From Zygnema circumcarinatum SAG 698-1b (taxonomy: Eukaryota > Plantae > Zygnematophyceae), in NCBI GenBank assembly GCA_037447605.1, contig CM074817.1, forward strand, positions 1,054,001 to 1,118,000: a stretch of 64,000 nt of DNA, given 5' to 3'. The stretch's first letter is position 1. The number at the start of each line of letters is the position of its first letter. The notes beneath the pieces are model-generated. The model searched no databases. It saw nothing but the letters and a program-made list of their open reading frames with translations, and was not told where the DNA came from. Both the position numbers and the translations under genes were made by a program. Below are positions 21,538 through 34,253 of the stretch, in pieces.

Positions 21538-24500
21538 TCACACCTTCTTCAATACTCCCGCCTTCCCTTGCCGCACCTCATAACTGTGCTCCACCACAAG
21601 GGGAGTCTCTATAGAAACTGGCCTTTCAGGCGACCAGAGCTCCAAGTTGCAGAAGGGTACACCCCCCCCCCCTCCTCCTCCCCAATACACGAGGCACATC
21701 TGAACCTCCTCCAAGCTGAAGTGGTTAACCAACTCCCATCCGCTCTCTTTATCCACCAGCGCCCACTCCCCTGCCAGAGATCAAGAGTCCCCCCTTACCC
21801 ACACTTTTCAATCCGAGCTGTCGAAGCTATACTAGCGATGGAATTTAGGTTTTTTCAGCGTTTTCCGGCTAGAAAATATGTCATCCATCTTCAGTATTGC
21901 AGCCTCTCTTAACAACTTAAATATCTGAGATTGAGCTCTGTGTCTCTCACCGTTAGGTCGGTCCCGCCCCTTCAAAACCGCCTCTCCGGACTCAGGCACA
22001 ATCTCCCTCGGGCTCCCATCCACGGCTCTAAAGCGCACTGCCATATGGGACGGATTGACCAGTTTGAAGGAGGGATGAACCCTTAGACAGACCAATCTGC
22101 AGCTCGCTCTCACATTTCCATTAGCTCCGTCATGTCATGCATTTTTTAGAACAGAATCTATCTGATAAAGTTTAGGATACTATTCTCACATAGACTCTAT
22201 CTCCAGACGTCATGTCATGACTGATCTTTTCCCTTGTGGGAGAAGACGATTCCAACAGGTTCGTTTCCAGAAGTTCATGAGATTTTCGATGGGTGAAAAG
22301 TTGAACCCCACCTAGAGAAACCGCCGGAACCTGCTCCCACTGACTTTGCAACAATGGAAGATCGAATCACAACTTTGTGAACGGCTTCGCTCGGTATCGC
22401 AATCCGGCGAAGCATGGCAAGTCCCCCCCCAATCTCTCCCTCCATTGTCACAGATTCCTCTCCCTCCATCTGCTTCAGCTCCCTCCTGCATTCCTCAACA
22501 AAGAGACATCCCACAAACACTGAAGGGAAGCCTAACAGACCCCTTCTTCCATTCAGAACATCGATAAGGAAAAACACAAAAGAATGAAAAGAGCAACAGA
22601 AATGCAAGCATCCAGTCTTATACCATCTATCCTCCATATCATCTACCGTCGTGTCTATATCAACTATGCCTTACATTGCAAGTGGAAGAGAAGTGAAGGG
22701 GTGTACCCAAGAACTGAGTATGGCTCAGAGGCACCGGCTGACCGGTACTCGGTTCCGCTGTACTCCTCATAGCCTCCCTCTCCCACTCTGCTCTCCAACA
22801 GCTCACACTCTGCTCCCACCTCCCCCTCCCTCCCGTATTAAAGATACGATGCCCCTCCTCATTAACCATCTGAGGAATTCGGGAAAAGCCTAAACATCAC
22901 AAATGGGTGCATCTGCTGCTCTTCTCTGCACAAGCGAGAAATAAAGAAACGGGCACAGCAAAGTGACTGTTTTATTGCTCGTTTGAAAAGAAGCCCAATC
23001 TTTTCAGCACCCATTTCAAAAAGAGGAAGTTTCCTTCTTTCTTATCCACTTTACCCGTGGAACTGTGAGTCATGGATATGATCCTCCCCCCGCAAAAAGG
23101 AGCAATTTTGAGCTCCCACTCTCCTCCCTTCAGCTCTATGGGCACATGGCTTGTTTCTCGTCCTTTGTGGCTTGCATCTTGCTCGATATCTTCTTGCAGC
23201 CTTCCTACTATTTTGTGCACAGAAAAAAAAGGAAAAAAACGAGAAGAGGGGGCAGAATTTATCAGTTTATTTATTTTTAACTATGTGAATGGGGGCATAC
23301 TCTCTAAAGCATTTTTTTTCAAAATTGTTCGCAGCACTGAGCTGAGTGCTGACCTGGGACGGGCTTCACTCTTTTCTTGGCTTCTAAAGCCATAATTTCA
23401 ATCTCCTTTTCTGAAGGAAGTTTTAATAGCACAGGCAGCCCGTCAACTCCAGATCCCTCCACCTGCCATTGAACTAAACGAGTTAAGTCCATAAAGCATA
23501 ATTAGACTTTTAAAAATGCGTCGGTTTATCTAAGAAAAGAGTCCCTCATTGTTGAATGCCTTTTTTTTTCCTAAAGTTTAATAAGAGTTTGTTTGAAACA
23601 TGTCAACACAGTAAAAAAGACGAAGGAAAAAGGGAGGTAAAACCTGAACATAATCCGCAAGCAATAGTCGAACATGGAGAGAGCGTTTTGGCCTTGGTCG
23701 GTCTCCCTCCTCCCTCTCAACTTCCACAATAACACTGTCTCCTTCTCGACTCGCCTTATAGTGGGAGAGGAGGTAGTCCCCATTGAGATAGCCATAGCCA
23801 TCACCTTCATCTTCAAAGAGAATGCCTTTAGCACCACCTGCTTATTAAGGAAAAAGTAGAAGACAAAGGAGGAGGAGGAGGAGGAGGAGGAGTGTGATGA
23901 TAATGCAATTGATGTGTTCTTGATTTCTCAATTCCTCTCATGTTGATTAAATCCAATAAAATTTCAAGAATAGGAGAACTTTCAGTTCGTACCCGAGGCA
24001 TCAAGGGCTACCAGAAGTGTAACTGTATCCTCGGGTTCTATGTCTTCCACACTTTGTAGGATGGGACCGGATGGGACTATCCCTCCCCCTTGAAGAAATA
24101 GCAAGGGCAAATCCTGCATCACATGTCCAAATCAAATTCATCAAATTACCAATATTTTTTGAAATATGTTTCACAACGAGAACATTACAAGCAGTTTGTA
24201 GATACTGCACGCTCCCACGAAAGATGACCAATGAATTTGTTACCGGGTGAGAATCGTCGAAATCGAACCGTCGCCAAACTCCGGTCGGGAGAGTGACAGC
24301 TGTCCACGGCTCGAGATCACGGTCCTTTGCCGTCCTGCAGTTCACCTCTTTTCTTATATGAACAAGGGAATGACTAACTTGTAGTCATAAAACAATCAAC
24401 ATGAACAAGATTTGCAACACATAAGCAATTAACCTAGTTAGCTATGTCTATGATGCCGTGCATAGAACGAACGGCGTCAGAGGTCTACCCACATGTTAAA

Positions 24501-27500
24501 GTAAAGGGATATTGTTTATGTAAACAGCCTGCCTATTATTTGAAGTGATGCTTAAAGAAAACAGTACGAACGCATGTTTTGATGTTAAGCAACTTACGAG
24601 CAAGAAACGAGAAGTGGGCCCAACAAGAAGGAGTCCTCTATTCCCCTGAGCTTTGAATCTTTGGGATCTACACGTGTCAACATTCACAAATTCAGCTCCG
24701 GTTGATGGGTATCTGCTCTATTCTCATTTTATGCAGTATAGGTTCAATAAAAGGAAAAAAGCCCCTCACTTCTAAAAGTGAAAATGAGAAGTACTTCAAA
24801 CATATAGTACGGACCAAAGATATAGCAGCGAATACGAAAAACATGGTACCTTCCAATAAACAACAAACCCCCCATATATTCTGTCGAAATTTCACTGTAA
24901 GGAAGGGCTAAAAGACGGGTTTTTTATCACCTGCAAAGAAGATAGGAGTCATTACAGGGAGGCCCTTCCTGTGGCTTAAATAAAAGAGGGTATAGAAATG
25001 TCGCAACAGCCGATATCGCCTCTCCAGAGCAAGCCGGCAGACGCGTTCACACTGCTCAGAGAATATGAAAAAAAAAAAAGGGAGCCCCCAAATATGACAA
25101 TCCTTCCTCTTCCTCTCCCACTATTCGGCCTTCCAGAACGAGCAGAACATTCCATACGGCATCCCATCCATCCATTCATCCATCCATCCCACCCATGTTT
25201 CCCGACTCAGAACAAAAAAGAAAAAAAAAATTGGAATCCCTTAGCAACCTATGAACCCAATAACAACCGAACCCAATAACAACCGTACCCAACCCTTCCA
25301 AGAAGTGCTCCAAGTACTGCAAAGTGGGTCCGTTTACCTCCGCCCCAAAGGACCACGGCTCGTGATCTCTCGTGCCCGTTTCCGAGTGGCCCCGCGAGAA
25401 AGGAAGAAGGGCGCCGAGGCCCATCCACCGCGCGAAGAGCTTCGGGGAACTGTCGCCGGCGAACCCGCCGATGTCGGGCCCGCAGAAGGGCTGCGCGCTC
25501 AGGCTCTGAAGGGGGGAGAGGAGGGGTTTGGTTGGGGGATGGGAGAGAGAGGAAGAGAGAGAGAGAGAGAGGGAGAGAGTGAAGGGGGGAGAGGAGGGCT
25601 TTGGTGGGGGGATGGGAGAGAGAGGAAGCGAGAGAGAGAGAGAGGGAGAGTGTGTGAAGGGGGGAGAGGAGGGCTTTGGTGGGGGGATGGGAGAGAGAGG
25701 AAGCGAGAGAGAGAGAGAGAGAGAGTGAAGGGGGGAGAGGAGGGTTTTGGTAGGGGGATGGGAGAGAGGAAGAAAGAGAGAGAGCGAGAGAGTGTGAAGG
25801 GGGGAGAGGAGGGTTTTGGTAGGGAGATGGGAGAGAGAGGACGAGCGATAGAGAACGAGAGAGTGAAGGGGGGAGAGGAGGGTTGTGGTAGGGGGATGGG
25901 AGAGAGAGGAGAGAGAGAGAAAGAGAGAGAGAGGAGAAAGAGTGTAGGTGGTGGGTATGTATGTACGTGAAATTTATGTGAACTATCAAATAAGCCGAGA
26001 GAGGAGAAATTCGTGTATGTATGTATGCATGTAGGTATGCATGTATGTGTGTATGTATGTGTGAATTTATGTGAAGTATCATGTGAGTTGCAACTTAAAA
26101 AGAGGAAGGATCACTTCGACCTGAAGGAAGATCAAAGCGGGGAGTAGGCTTTTGTGAATCAGCATGGTTTTTCTGGAGTAAGGATTTGGAGATGTTGCTA
26201 CAGGCGTTGTGCAGGATACCCCCCTTTCTTTTTCACATTTTAAGGAGGAAAAAAGAAACAGTCCTGAATCAGAAGTGGTGTATAAACATGGTGCAACCTT
26301 TAGCCTCTCCTTGTGCAACTTAAGCAGGAAACAAGCGCAGTACTAACCAGATTGAGAGCCATAGGAATGCTAAAGTGAAGGTGCTCCCAGGTGGCCAAAT
26401 TGTCTCCAGTCCACGTGGCAGCATATCTGTGGCTGCCGATGTATCCCGCACGTGTGAGTACAAATGGGCGCTTTTCCGGTTTTGCCGCCTTGATGCCCTC
26501 CCATGTGGATCGCGCCATTAGCATTCCGTACACCTGAACAGGGTTCAGCACCACCCCACACGTGTGGAAAGGTAGCAATTAGCAAAAGCTCAGAAGATGC
26601 GAAATTTCAAGGAATGGATTTTTTCAAGGTGCTGCCATAGGACAAATGCTTCGGTTGATGTTGATTTCAAAAGGGAAAAGGAGGCTCGTTTGGAGGTAAG
26701 AGTCCTTACATTGTGGTAGTGGAGGTGACTTTGTGTGCCCCCAAGTTCCTCATCCCCTCTGTGCACATTGGTTTCGGGCATTGTCTTCGTTACGGTCTGC
26801 GGCGAAGAAGCGACCAGTAACCATTTTTTAGTCAGCTAAACCTGCTAACATGATCGCTTTTGTGAAATGAAAACAAAACTGGAAAAACCCGCGTAACCAA
26901 ACAAGCACATACTAGTAGATTTTTGTACATAGTTGGTTAGCTAAGTTAGTGCTCTAGTAAGTTAGTATATAACTAAGTGTAAAAAGCATATTTTGGGGTT
27001 GTATTTGAGTCATTCCTATTCGCTCACATTGAAGACGGCTGGTTCATTCATGTCGTTCCAAATCCCATCCACGCCTTGTAAAGTAAAGTCCCTAATGAGA
27101 GCCGCCCACCATCTCCTTGTGCTCTCCTTGGTAAAGTCAGGAAATCGGCACGCTCCGGGCCATACATTGCCTGCGAGAGCCTCCCTAAGTTAGACTACCC
27201 ATTATTTGGGTTTGATTTTACACATGAAAAAACTGCCACCTGTCAACTGCACTTCAATTTTTTCCATTTCTAAGGACTATCAACTGAATGTGAGAGCATG
27301 AAGTTGTAACTGACTACCTGTGAAAGGCTTTCCGTTGGCCTTTTGCACCCAGACATCGGCCTTATTGCCGGAGTCATAAACAAAGTAACCGGACTCTTCT
27401 TTTATTCCGGGATCAATCATCCACACTGCTTTGAAGTTCAGCTTGTGGAGCTCATCTGCCAGGCCCTTTGGATTTGGAAACTTCACCTGCATAGGCATCA

Positions 27501-30500
27501 TTAGCCCGTGAGATCGTGACTCGGAGAAAGAAAGTCACAAGCGGGTAGTTGGAAAGCATCATACTGAGAGAGAGAGAAAGGAAGAGAAAATGAGGAACAC
27601 AGAGAGAGAGAGAATGAAGAAAGAGAGAGAGAGAGAGAGAACATATTATAAAAAAAGCTCGTGAACAATGTTGTGCGGGAGGCAGAGACTGCAGTTTTGC
27701 ACTGACCGGGTCAAAAGTGAAGCAGCGAAAGCCCTCCATATAGTCAATGTCCATCCATATGACGTCACATGGAATCTTCTTTTCCCTAAATGTGGCTGCT
27801 ACCTGCAATGAACATGCAGATCTAAAGGGCTCCAGTCACTGTTAAACTTTTGGTTACCTATGGTTTAACTTAGGCAGTTTACTCTCCGTCCCCTGACTAA
27901 GAAGCATTGCTGATAGATGGAGGTACGTTCCCCTTATCAGAGAACTTGACACCGCTTATCAACAGCTACCACAGATTTTCAGCCCTTGTAAAAGTTCAGG
28001 CAATGAATATACACACATATAAAAGCGTCTGCTATGGATGAAGTCTTTGCTATAACCTTCACTTTTTTTTTCGTTACCCTTTAGCTGAACAATTATGGAG
28101 GTCAAAGCAGAAAATCCTCAGGTTGGAGATGCACCGATAGGGAGAGTTCAACAAATTTGGGGAAGCGAGGGAGAGGGTGGAGAGGAGGGGTGGGATAATA
28201 GAGCTTGAAGATGAGATGAATACCTCCACAACTCTAAGGGAAGGCTCATAGCTAAAGCGGCACTGGTGGTAGCCTAGAGCCCATGCGGGAGGCATTCCTA
28301 TCTTACCTGAATCCATGCCCAACAAATTGCCCATACCAACCCTTAGATGCTAGAGTCCATATATGAACCAACTGGTCAGGCATGTGTTGGACGAATAGTA
28401 TCACGGGAACAGATACATGGACCTACTGGTGAAAAGCTGTGATCTAAATTCACTCCTTTGTTCAGTCACGTACATAAGGGTACATCTACCACTTTGTGCA
28501 GTCACCCATGTAAACGTAATTTTACCACTATGTATGTATATTTATGTCTATGTTCTGAGGTTTGAAATGCTCCTACCCACCTTCTGCACGTACTCTGCAG
28601 GCTCATAGCTCCAGCGACATTGGTGGTAGCCTAGGGCCCAAACTGGGGGCATTTCCATGCGGCCTGCAGCCCGTCAACGAGCGGTATCCCACAAGCCTGC
28701 GCTACGCTAAACTGTTTCGATGCGAGCCTAAGGGAAAAGGGCCGAATTTTCATTATATTGGCCCATCTTCAGACGCGTTCCGAAGTCTTCTAGAGAATTG
28801 AATCAGCTTGTGATTCCAGAGCATGTGATCTATTTACTTTGGATAGCGGTTAATCGCGGTTCATTAATCGTTATCGTACGTGAGACTTCGACTCGAGGTG
28901 GATCATTCTGACTCGTGTCTTGCAATCGACTTTAGAGGTTGAATTTAATCAGCTAAGAAGTGCATATACTTTGCTCTTGTGCATATGCATTCACAGAGGG
29001 GCCGAAAGTAGGTCGAATCCGTACGAATCTGCTCACCTATAGCATTAGAAAGCACAGCAAGCACTTCATGAGGTGTCCGAAATGGTCCGAATGCGACAAT
29101 GGGAAAGTGTGCTGCTGCCACAAACTTGATGCTGCTTGCTTTCCGAAGATCGATCTATCCCAGCATGCCACAGAGACAATGCAAAAGATATATGGCATGT
29201 CATATGGCGAGAAAGATCGACTAGAAGCATAGTTCGTTTACTAATTAGTCTCCCATCTCCGTAGCTTATCAAGCAAATTTTTTTTTACTAAAACTTGGAG
29301 CAAAAGGATATTTCAAGAAAATGGATAAGCATACAGATACTGAAACTTGTAGCAGGTAGGCAATACTATTGAATTTCTTTTATTATGACTGACCTCACAT
29401 CTGCGAGTGGTATCGGCCAAAAGGCCGATACAGGCCCCATCCGGAAGAACTGCCAATACCCAAGGATGGGACTGGTACAGAGAGGAGGTGCTGCTGCTAT
29501 AGCCCCATGCATCCGTGTTCCATGTGAAGCACTGTAAAAAGAAAAAAATTGCCTATATGAGATGCTGCTCAAAGTCAATTTGCAGCCTATCTGGCAATCC
29601 GTAAAGTTTTAAGTAACAAACTGCAAAAAAAATTCCAAACGTGTCTGCTTCTCGAGAAAGGTATTGGAATGAATGGCTAGATGGTCCATATGGTCCTGGA
29701 TATGGCGGAAGGGAGAGGGGAGCTAAGAGGGAGAGGAAAGAGTGAGGAGAGACGAGAAGAGAGAAAACGGGGAGGGGAGAGCAGAGACTAGAGGAGAGGA
29801 GTGAGGTGGAGTTAGAGACAGGCAAGAGGAAAGAAACTGCATACAAATCGCCGCTATAACATAGGAGGCAGACCTATAATATAAAGAAACCTGAAAAAAT
29901 ACTCACCCTCCGGCCTGTACGTTCCAAACTTCCGCTCACTTCCCCAGTGCCATAAAATGAGGTGCCTTCTGGAAACTGCATTGCAACAAGAAGAGGAAAA
30001 AAGGGCATAAGATAGTCTATAACTTCCAGAACGCAAACAGCCAAAGGAAGTTGGTGATGTTAAGGTACATTGTAGCATTTGCATTTGAAACTCCAGAAGC
30101 TAAAGTGAACACATATTCCAGCGGACAGATCACAGATCTACATCGAATTATTAGCTCCTAAAAACCACTTTTGGCAACCTTCTGATACATGGTGTCGCCA
30201 CAGCTGAACTTTGACAATCTTTTTGGTGCAACAAACCTTCACTAATGATTCCGTCCAAGAACAAACAAGAGACAAAAGGACCTCCAGTTCCAAACTCACC
30301 CCAAGTTACAACTGGTATGATGCAGACATCCTGATCACTACATTAAAATGCGATGAAACTCCCAGTTTCAACCTTTTGAGTACATACGCATCCGTACACT
30401 TACCTCAATAACCACAGTCTGCAATCCACTCTCAATTCGACATTTGGCACGAGAGAGCTCCTTTCCCAAATCCGCTCCATTTGCACCATGAAGCTCCGCC

Positions 30501-30628
30501 TCCCTCTTGCTGGGCTCCACGAATGAAAGGGACGGGCAGGCGAGCTTTCGGGCAGCCTCGCTCGCATCGAGGCGATGCACTCCTGCTTGCAGGACAGCCA
30601 TGGCCGCCATGTTCTTTGCGGGAGCCAT
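21538..30628 (-). CDS. GH31 alpha-glucosidase, plant heteroglycan glucosidase 1 (HGL1/AGL2)-like, ~22 exons
   Basis: Exons include 30404-30628, 29907-29975 (FPEGTSFYGTGEVSG), 29394-29531 (FTWNTDAWGY..LYQSHPW), 29037-29154, 27707-27802 (DVIWMDIDYM), 27318-27486 and 27028-27170 (GIWNDMNEP, catalytic nucleophile). Also ~26347-26534 (RPFVLTRAGYIGSHRYAATWTGDN, acid/base), ~25331-25505 (GPDIGGF..RGHSE) and 21538-21770 (NLELWSPERPVS..EHSYEV). The start Met is inferred and may lie further upstream. Confidence 0.93.
25500..25950 (+). repeat. ~62-bp GA-rich intronic minisatellite, ~7 units (GTGAAGGGGGGAGAGGAGGG.TTTGGT.GGGG.ATGGGAGAGAG..)
   Basis: Visible tandem units inside a GH31 intron. Confidence 0.85.
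28224..28306 (-). CDS. GH31 alternative exon 5b (G)KIGMPPAWALGYHQCRFSYEPSLRVVE
   Basis: 83 nt; acceptor ..GGATTCAG, donor GAG|GTATTC; phase 1 to phase 0; no stops. Confidence 0.85.
28581..28663 (-). CDS. GH31 alternative exon 5a (G)RMEMPPVWALGYHQCRWSYEPAEYVQK
   Basis: 83 nt; acceptor ..GGGCTGCAG, donor AAG|GTGGGT; phase 1 to phase 0; paralogous to 28224-28306; not annotated in the ORF track. Confidence 0.85.
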
Positions 30629-31509
30629 TTCACGCGAATCCGTCGAACGAGTCACGGCCAACGGCACACGACCTGCAAACGTGGAGCTTGAAACACCATC
30701 AAAATTTGGAAGACTGAGACAAGAGAGGCAGAGAGTTCTCGGACAGTTGGCAAGAAGAGAGTTTTTAGGCGGAGACAACAAGTTCAGCCTACGAGGTAAA
30801 GGCCAGCACGAGAGCAATCGATGATGGCTATACGAGTTCAGGCCATTCTTTGCTTCACTAAAAGTGAAAAATTAAGCTTTGTAAAGAGCAGTATCCGTCC
30901 TACTCCTCAATGAGGCATAGGAAACGGACTCAAGCTCTTCCAAACAAGGAGGACGGGTAGAACAAGAAGATAAAGTACTATCTGCAAACTTTCTAATTTT
31001 AAACGTGCATTCTACCGCCACTCGTTTGACAGATGTCCTTGATCTGCACATCTCCAAATGAAACCGAAAATTTCAGTTCAAGTGAAGCAGATACCATTTG
31101 CTGAAGAGCAGATAACAGCTGTTCTCCGCTTTTTCCCTCTACTTGCAGCCGCGATCGCAGCGCTGAGCCTCGTCTCGAACAAGCAGTCACTCCACTGCTT
31201 CAACCTCCAGCTGTCAGAGACACACTCAACATCCTTCCATGGTCTGCCAAGAAAATGCGGAATCAAAATCTTGATTTGATCAGCGTTCAGCGGAGGGAGG
31301 GAGGGAGAAGGGAGGAGGGAGGGAGAGGGAATATATCAGATAAGCATGCATGCATGCAGGCAGGCAGGCAGACATGTAAGGAAGGCCTTACAAGGTGTGT
31401 CTACCGCAGAGGGCCTGCACAGCCTGCGGGCGCATCCGCAATCCTAGAGAGGGAGGGAGGGAGGGAGGGAGGGAGGGAGGGAGGGAGAGAGGGAGAGTGG
31501 GAGAGAGAG

Positions 31510-32170
31510 GTATGGACACGTGGAAGAAGGAGGACCTGCTGCCAGGGCGCCAAGGAGCCCTGAGAGCACGCCACGTGGCGTCCCTAGCCTCGTTGACGGC
31601 CACGTGGATTGCCTCATGGAGCGCCACGTGGCGTTCCTTACCACGTGGAGCGCCACGTGGACGGGTGGTTGGGAGCGGGGAATTTGCCGAATTGGAGGCG
31701 TTACCGTTCGACGGCTTCGATGAAACCACGAGTGGGATGCAGTGCCGCTTCTGTGCCACAGTTCTGCATCTTCCGCAACTAAAACGGTAACAGCGCGGTT
31801 CGCTGCAACTTCTGGAGAGGCACATGGAAACGCTCGAAGTACCATACAGGTAGATTTGGGCTGTGCCGTTAAACGCATGGTCCAATCACAGGTATGCTCA
31901 ACAGGCAGATGCTGACGTGGCGACCAACGATTGATCACGTTGGTTCCAAGATCCACAGCGCATGTAAACCGGCAGGACTCCTGAAGAAATTTTATCACGT
32001 GGCGTCCGCTGATACGTCGTTTATTTTTCTTAAATGAACTGATGTTCAACGATTGGTCAAGTCGGTTCTAAAACATCCACTGCGCATGTAAGCCAGCAGG
32101 ACTCGCCAAGAATTCTGACACGTGGCGTCCGTTGATAAGGTCGCACATTTTCGGCTGCTGACGTGGCGCC
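31510..32170. promoter_or_regulatory. G-box/ABRE cluster in the divergent intergenic region between GH31 and the PHI-1 receptor kinase
   Basis: Six CACGTG (most as GCCACGTGG) within 31517-31660, plus ACGTGGC near 31916, 31997, 32120 and 32160. Confidence 0.5.
31665..32135 (+). repeat. Dispersed repeat, copy B (see 20820-21185), with an internal ~120-bp duplication
   Basis: Same colinear blocks as copy A; the block GCGCATGTAA.CC.GCAGGACTC..AAGAA.T.T..CACGTGGCGTCCG.TGATA occurs twice. Confidence 0.85.
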
Positions 32171-33053
32171 CGTATCTGCGCGCTGGACCGCCGACAAACG
32201 GCCGCCGCGAGCCTCAAAATTATTGCCGATGAGGGCAGGGACGGAAATGGGGCGAAAAAAACATCAGCGGGCAGGACCACACATTTCAATGCCCGGATCT
32301 TGCATATCGACGGACGACAGAGATTAAAGTCATATCGGACGGTGTAATTGCGCCATTAAAAATGTCCTTCTGGACTGCCCGTTTCGACTGATAAGAAATA
32401 ACGGGCAGGAAATGCCCGATAGCTATTTTAAAATTGGGTCAATGTCGGCGACCGCGATATCTGGGCCGGCAGTCGGTTGGTCAGTTCCCGACAAAAAAAC
32501 ATGGCACCGACGAGCGTCAATCCAATCACTGATAACCACGTGGCATGTCGGCGCCGCCGTACGAGTATGGTTAATTTCCCGGCCGTCCGTCCGCCGGCTC
32601 GCGGCCGTCCTCGGGCAGCCTCTCCCTCACTCCCTCTCTCACTTTCTCTCCCTCTCCCACTCCCTCTCCCCCGCCCACTCTCTCTCTCTCGATCTATCTC
32701 TCACTCTCTCTCCCCGCCTTTAAAGATTTATTTATTTATTTATTTCTCTATCTCTCTACATATCTCTCTCCCCCCCTTTCTCACTCTCACTCTCACTCTC
32801 ACTCTCTCTCACTCCCTCACATTCTCTCTCTCTCTCTCGCCCCTTCTCCTCCCACAATACACTCCTTTCCCACATTCCAATGCCGCATCTTACTATCCTC
32901 TCCTATCTCCTCACGCCACACTCCCCCCCCTCTCTTCCTCTTTCCTCTCCCTCCATCTCCCTCCATAACTTCAAATCAGCTTAAATAGTAATCCTAGCTT
33001 CATCTAAACTCTAAAGTCACCAAAATATAAAAAATAATTACTAACTCGGATCC

Positions 33054-34222
33054 ATGACACATACTCTCCCCCTCTTAGCCCTCCTCACTGCGAGCTTCGC
33101 AGGAGCCCTCTCTCTCTCCCTCCCCAGAAAATTTTTACAGGAACAACCCACATTAGAAATTTCAACAAAAACCCATCTCAACTTCCCATCTCACATAACT
33201 CCCCTCCTCTCACAACCCCACATTGGCCGCACCTTAAAAGATTACTCCTACTTCACATTAAACGGATTAACATATGATGGAGGCCGAGTAGCTTCAGGAG
33301 GAGTGAATGTATACCTTATATGGTACGGAAACTGGACCAATTACAACTCCTCTAAGGAGTTAGTTCGAATTTTTGTGAACTCTCTTGGGCCCAACAACAC
33401 CGCTTTGAGCTCTCCCTCAGTGGAGGGATGGTGGGGACTGGCTATGCAATTCTATTCAAGCGGACCTGGAGCAGGCTATGTCAACTCTAACATTAGTCTC
33501 GCAGAGGAGTATGAATTTAGCGGTTTGGTGCAGGGAAGCATCTTAAACACCAGCACGGTTCTTAATATACTTCTGTCGGCAATGAAGGATGGGCTTCCTG
33601 TGGACGATCATGGCTTCTACTTTGTGATAACTTCTCCGGAACTGGAGGTGAGGTGGGGTGGGTGGGAGAGGGGAGGGAGGGAGGGAGTGGGCGGGTGAGA
33701 GAAGTTGGTCAGGGCGGTAGAGACAGAGGGGAGCGAAAGGGACCGTAAGAGCTATGGAGGGGAAAGATGGAAATGGGGTGGGAAGGAGTGCAAGGAAGTG
33801 AGGGGGTGATGGGTAGTTAGGAAAGGATGGAGAAAGAGCAGGAGGAAGGGTGAGGGGGTGGGAGGGAGAGGAGTCTTAGGACAGGTGGGGGGGAGATGGA
33901 GGAACGTATGCAAAGTATTGGCTGGGTGCTCTATGAAGGAGGTAGGAAGAAAAAATTAGAGAGGATTGGAGAGTGGGAGGAGGAAGGTAAGGATGGCGGG
34001 GAAGGAAAGGAAAGACTGGGGTAGACCTGCGGGTGCGTTCTCGTAAGGAAGCAAGCTTTTGTAGGGGAGCGAGAGAAAAAGAGAAGCAGAAAAAGCGTGA
34101 AGGGAAGAAAATACTCGTTCAAGCACGTATCTGTGAATCAAACCTCAATTTGAAACCTTAAAACTCCTGAAATTGCTGTGAAAAATAATGGAAGTGAAGT
34201 CCCAATTTCTTCTCTCTCTCTC

Positions 34223-34253
<31 letters not shown>

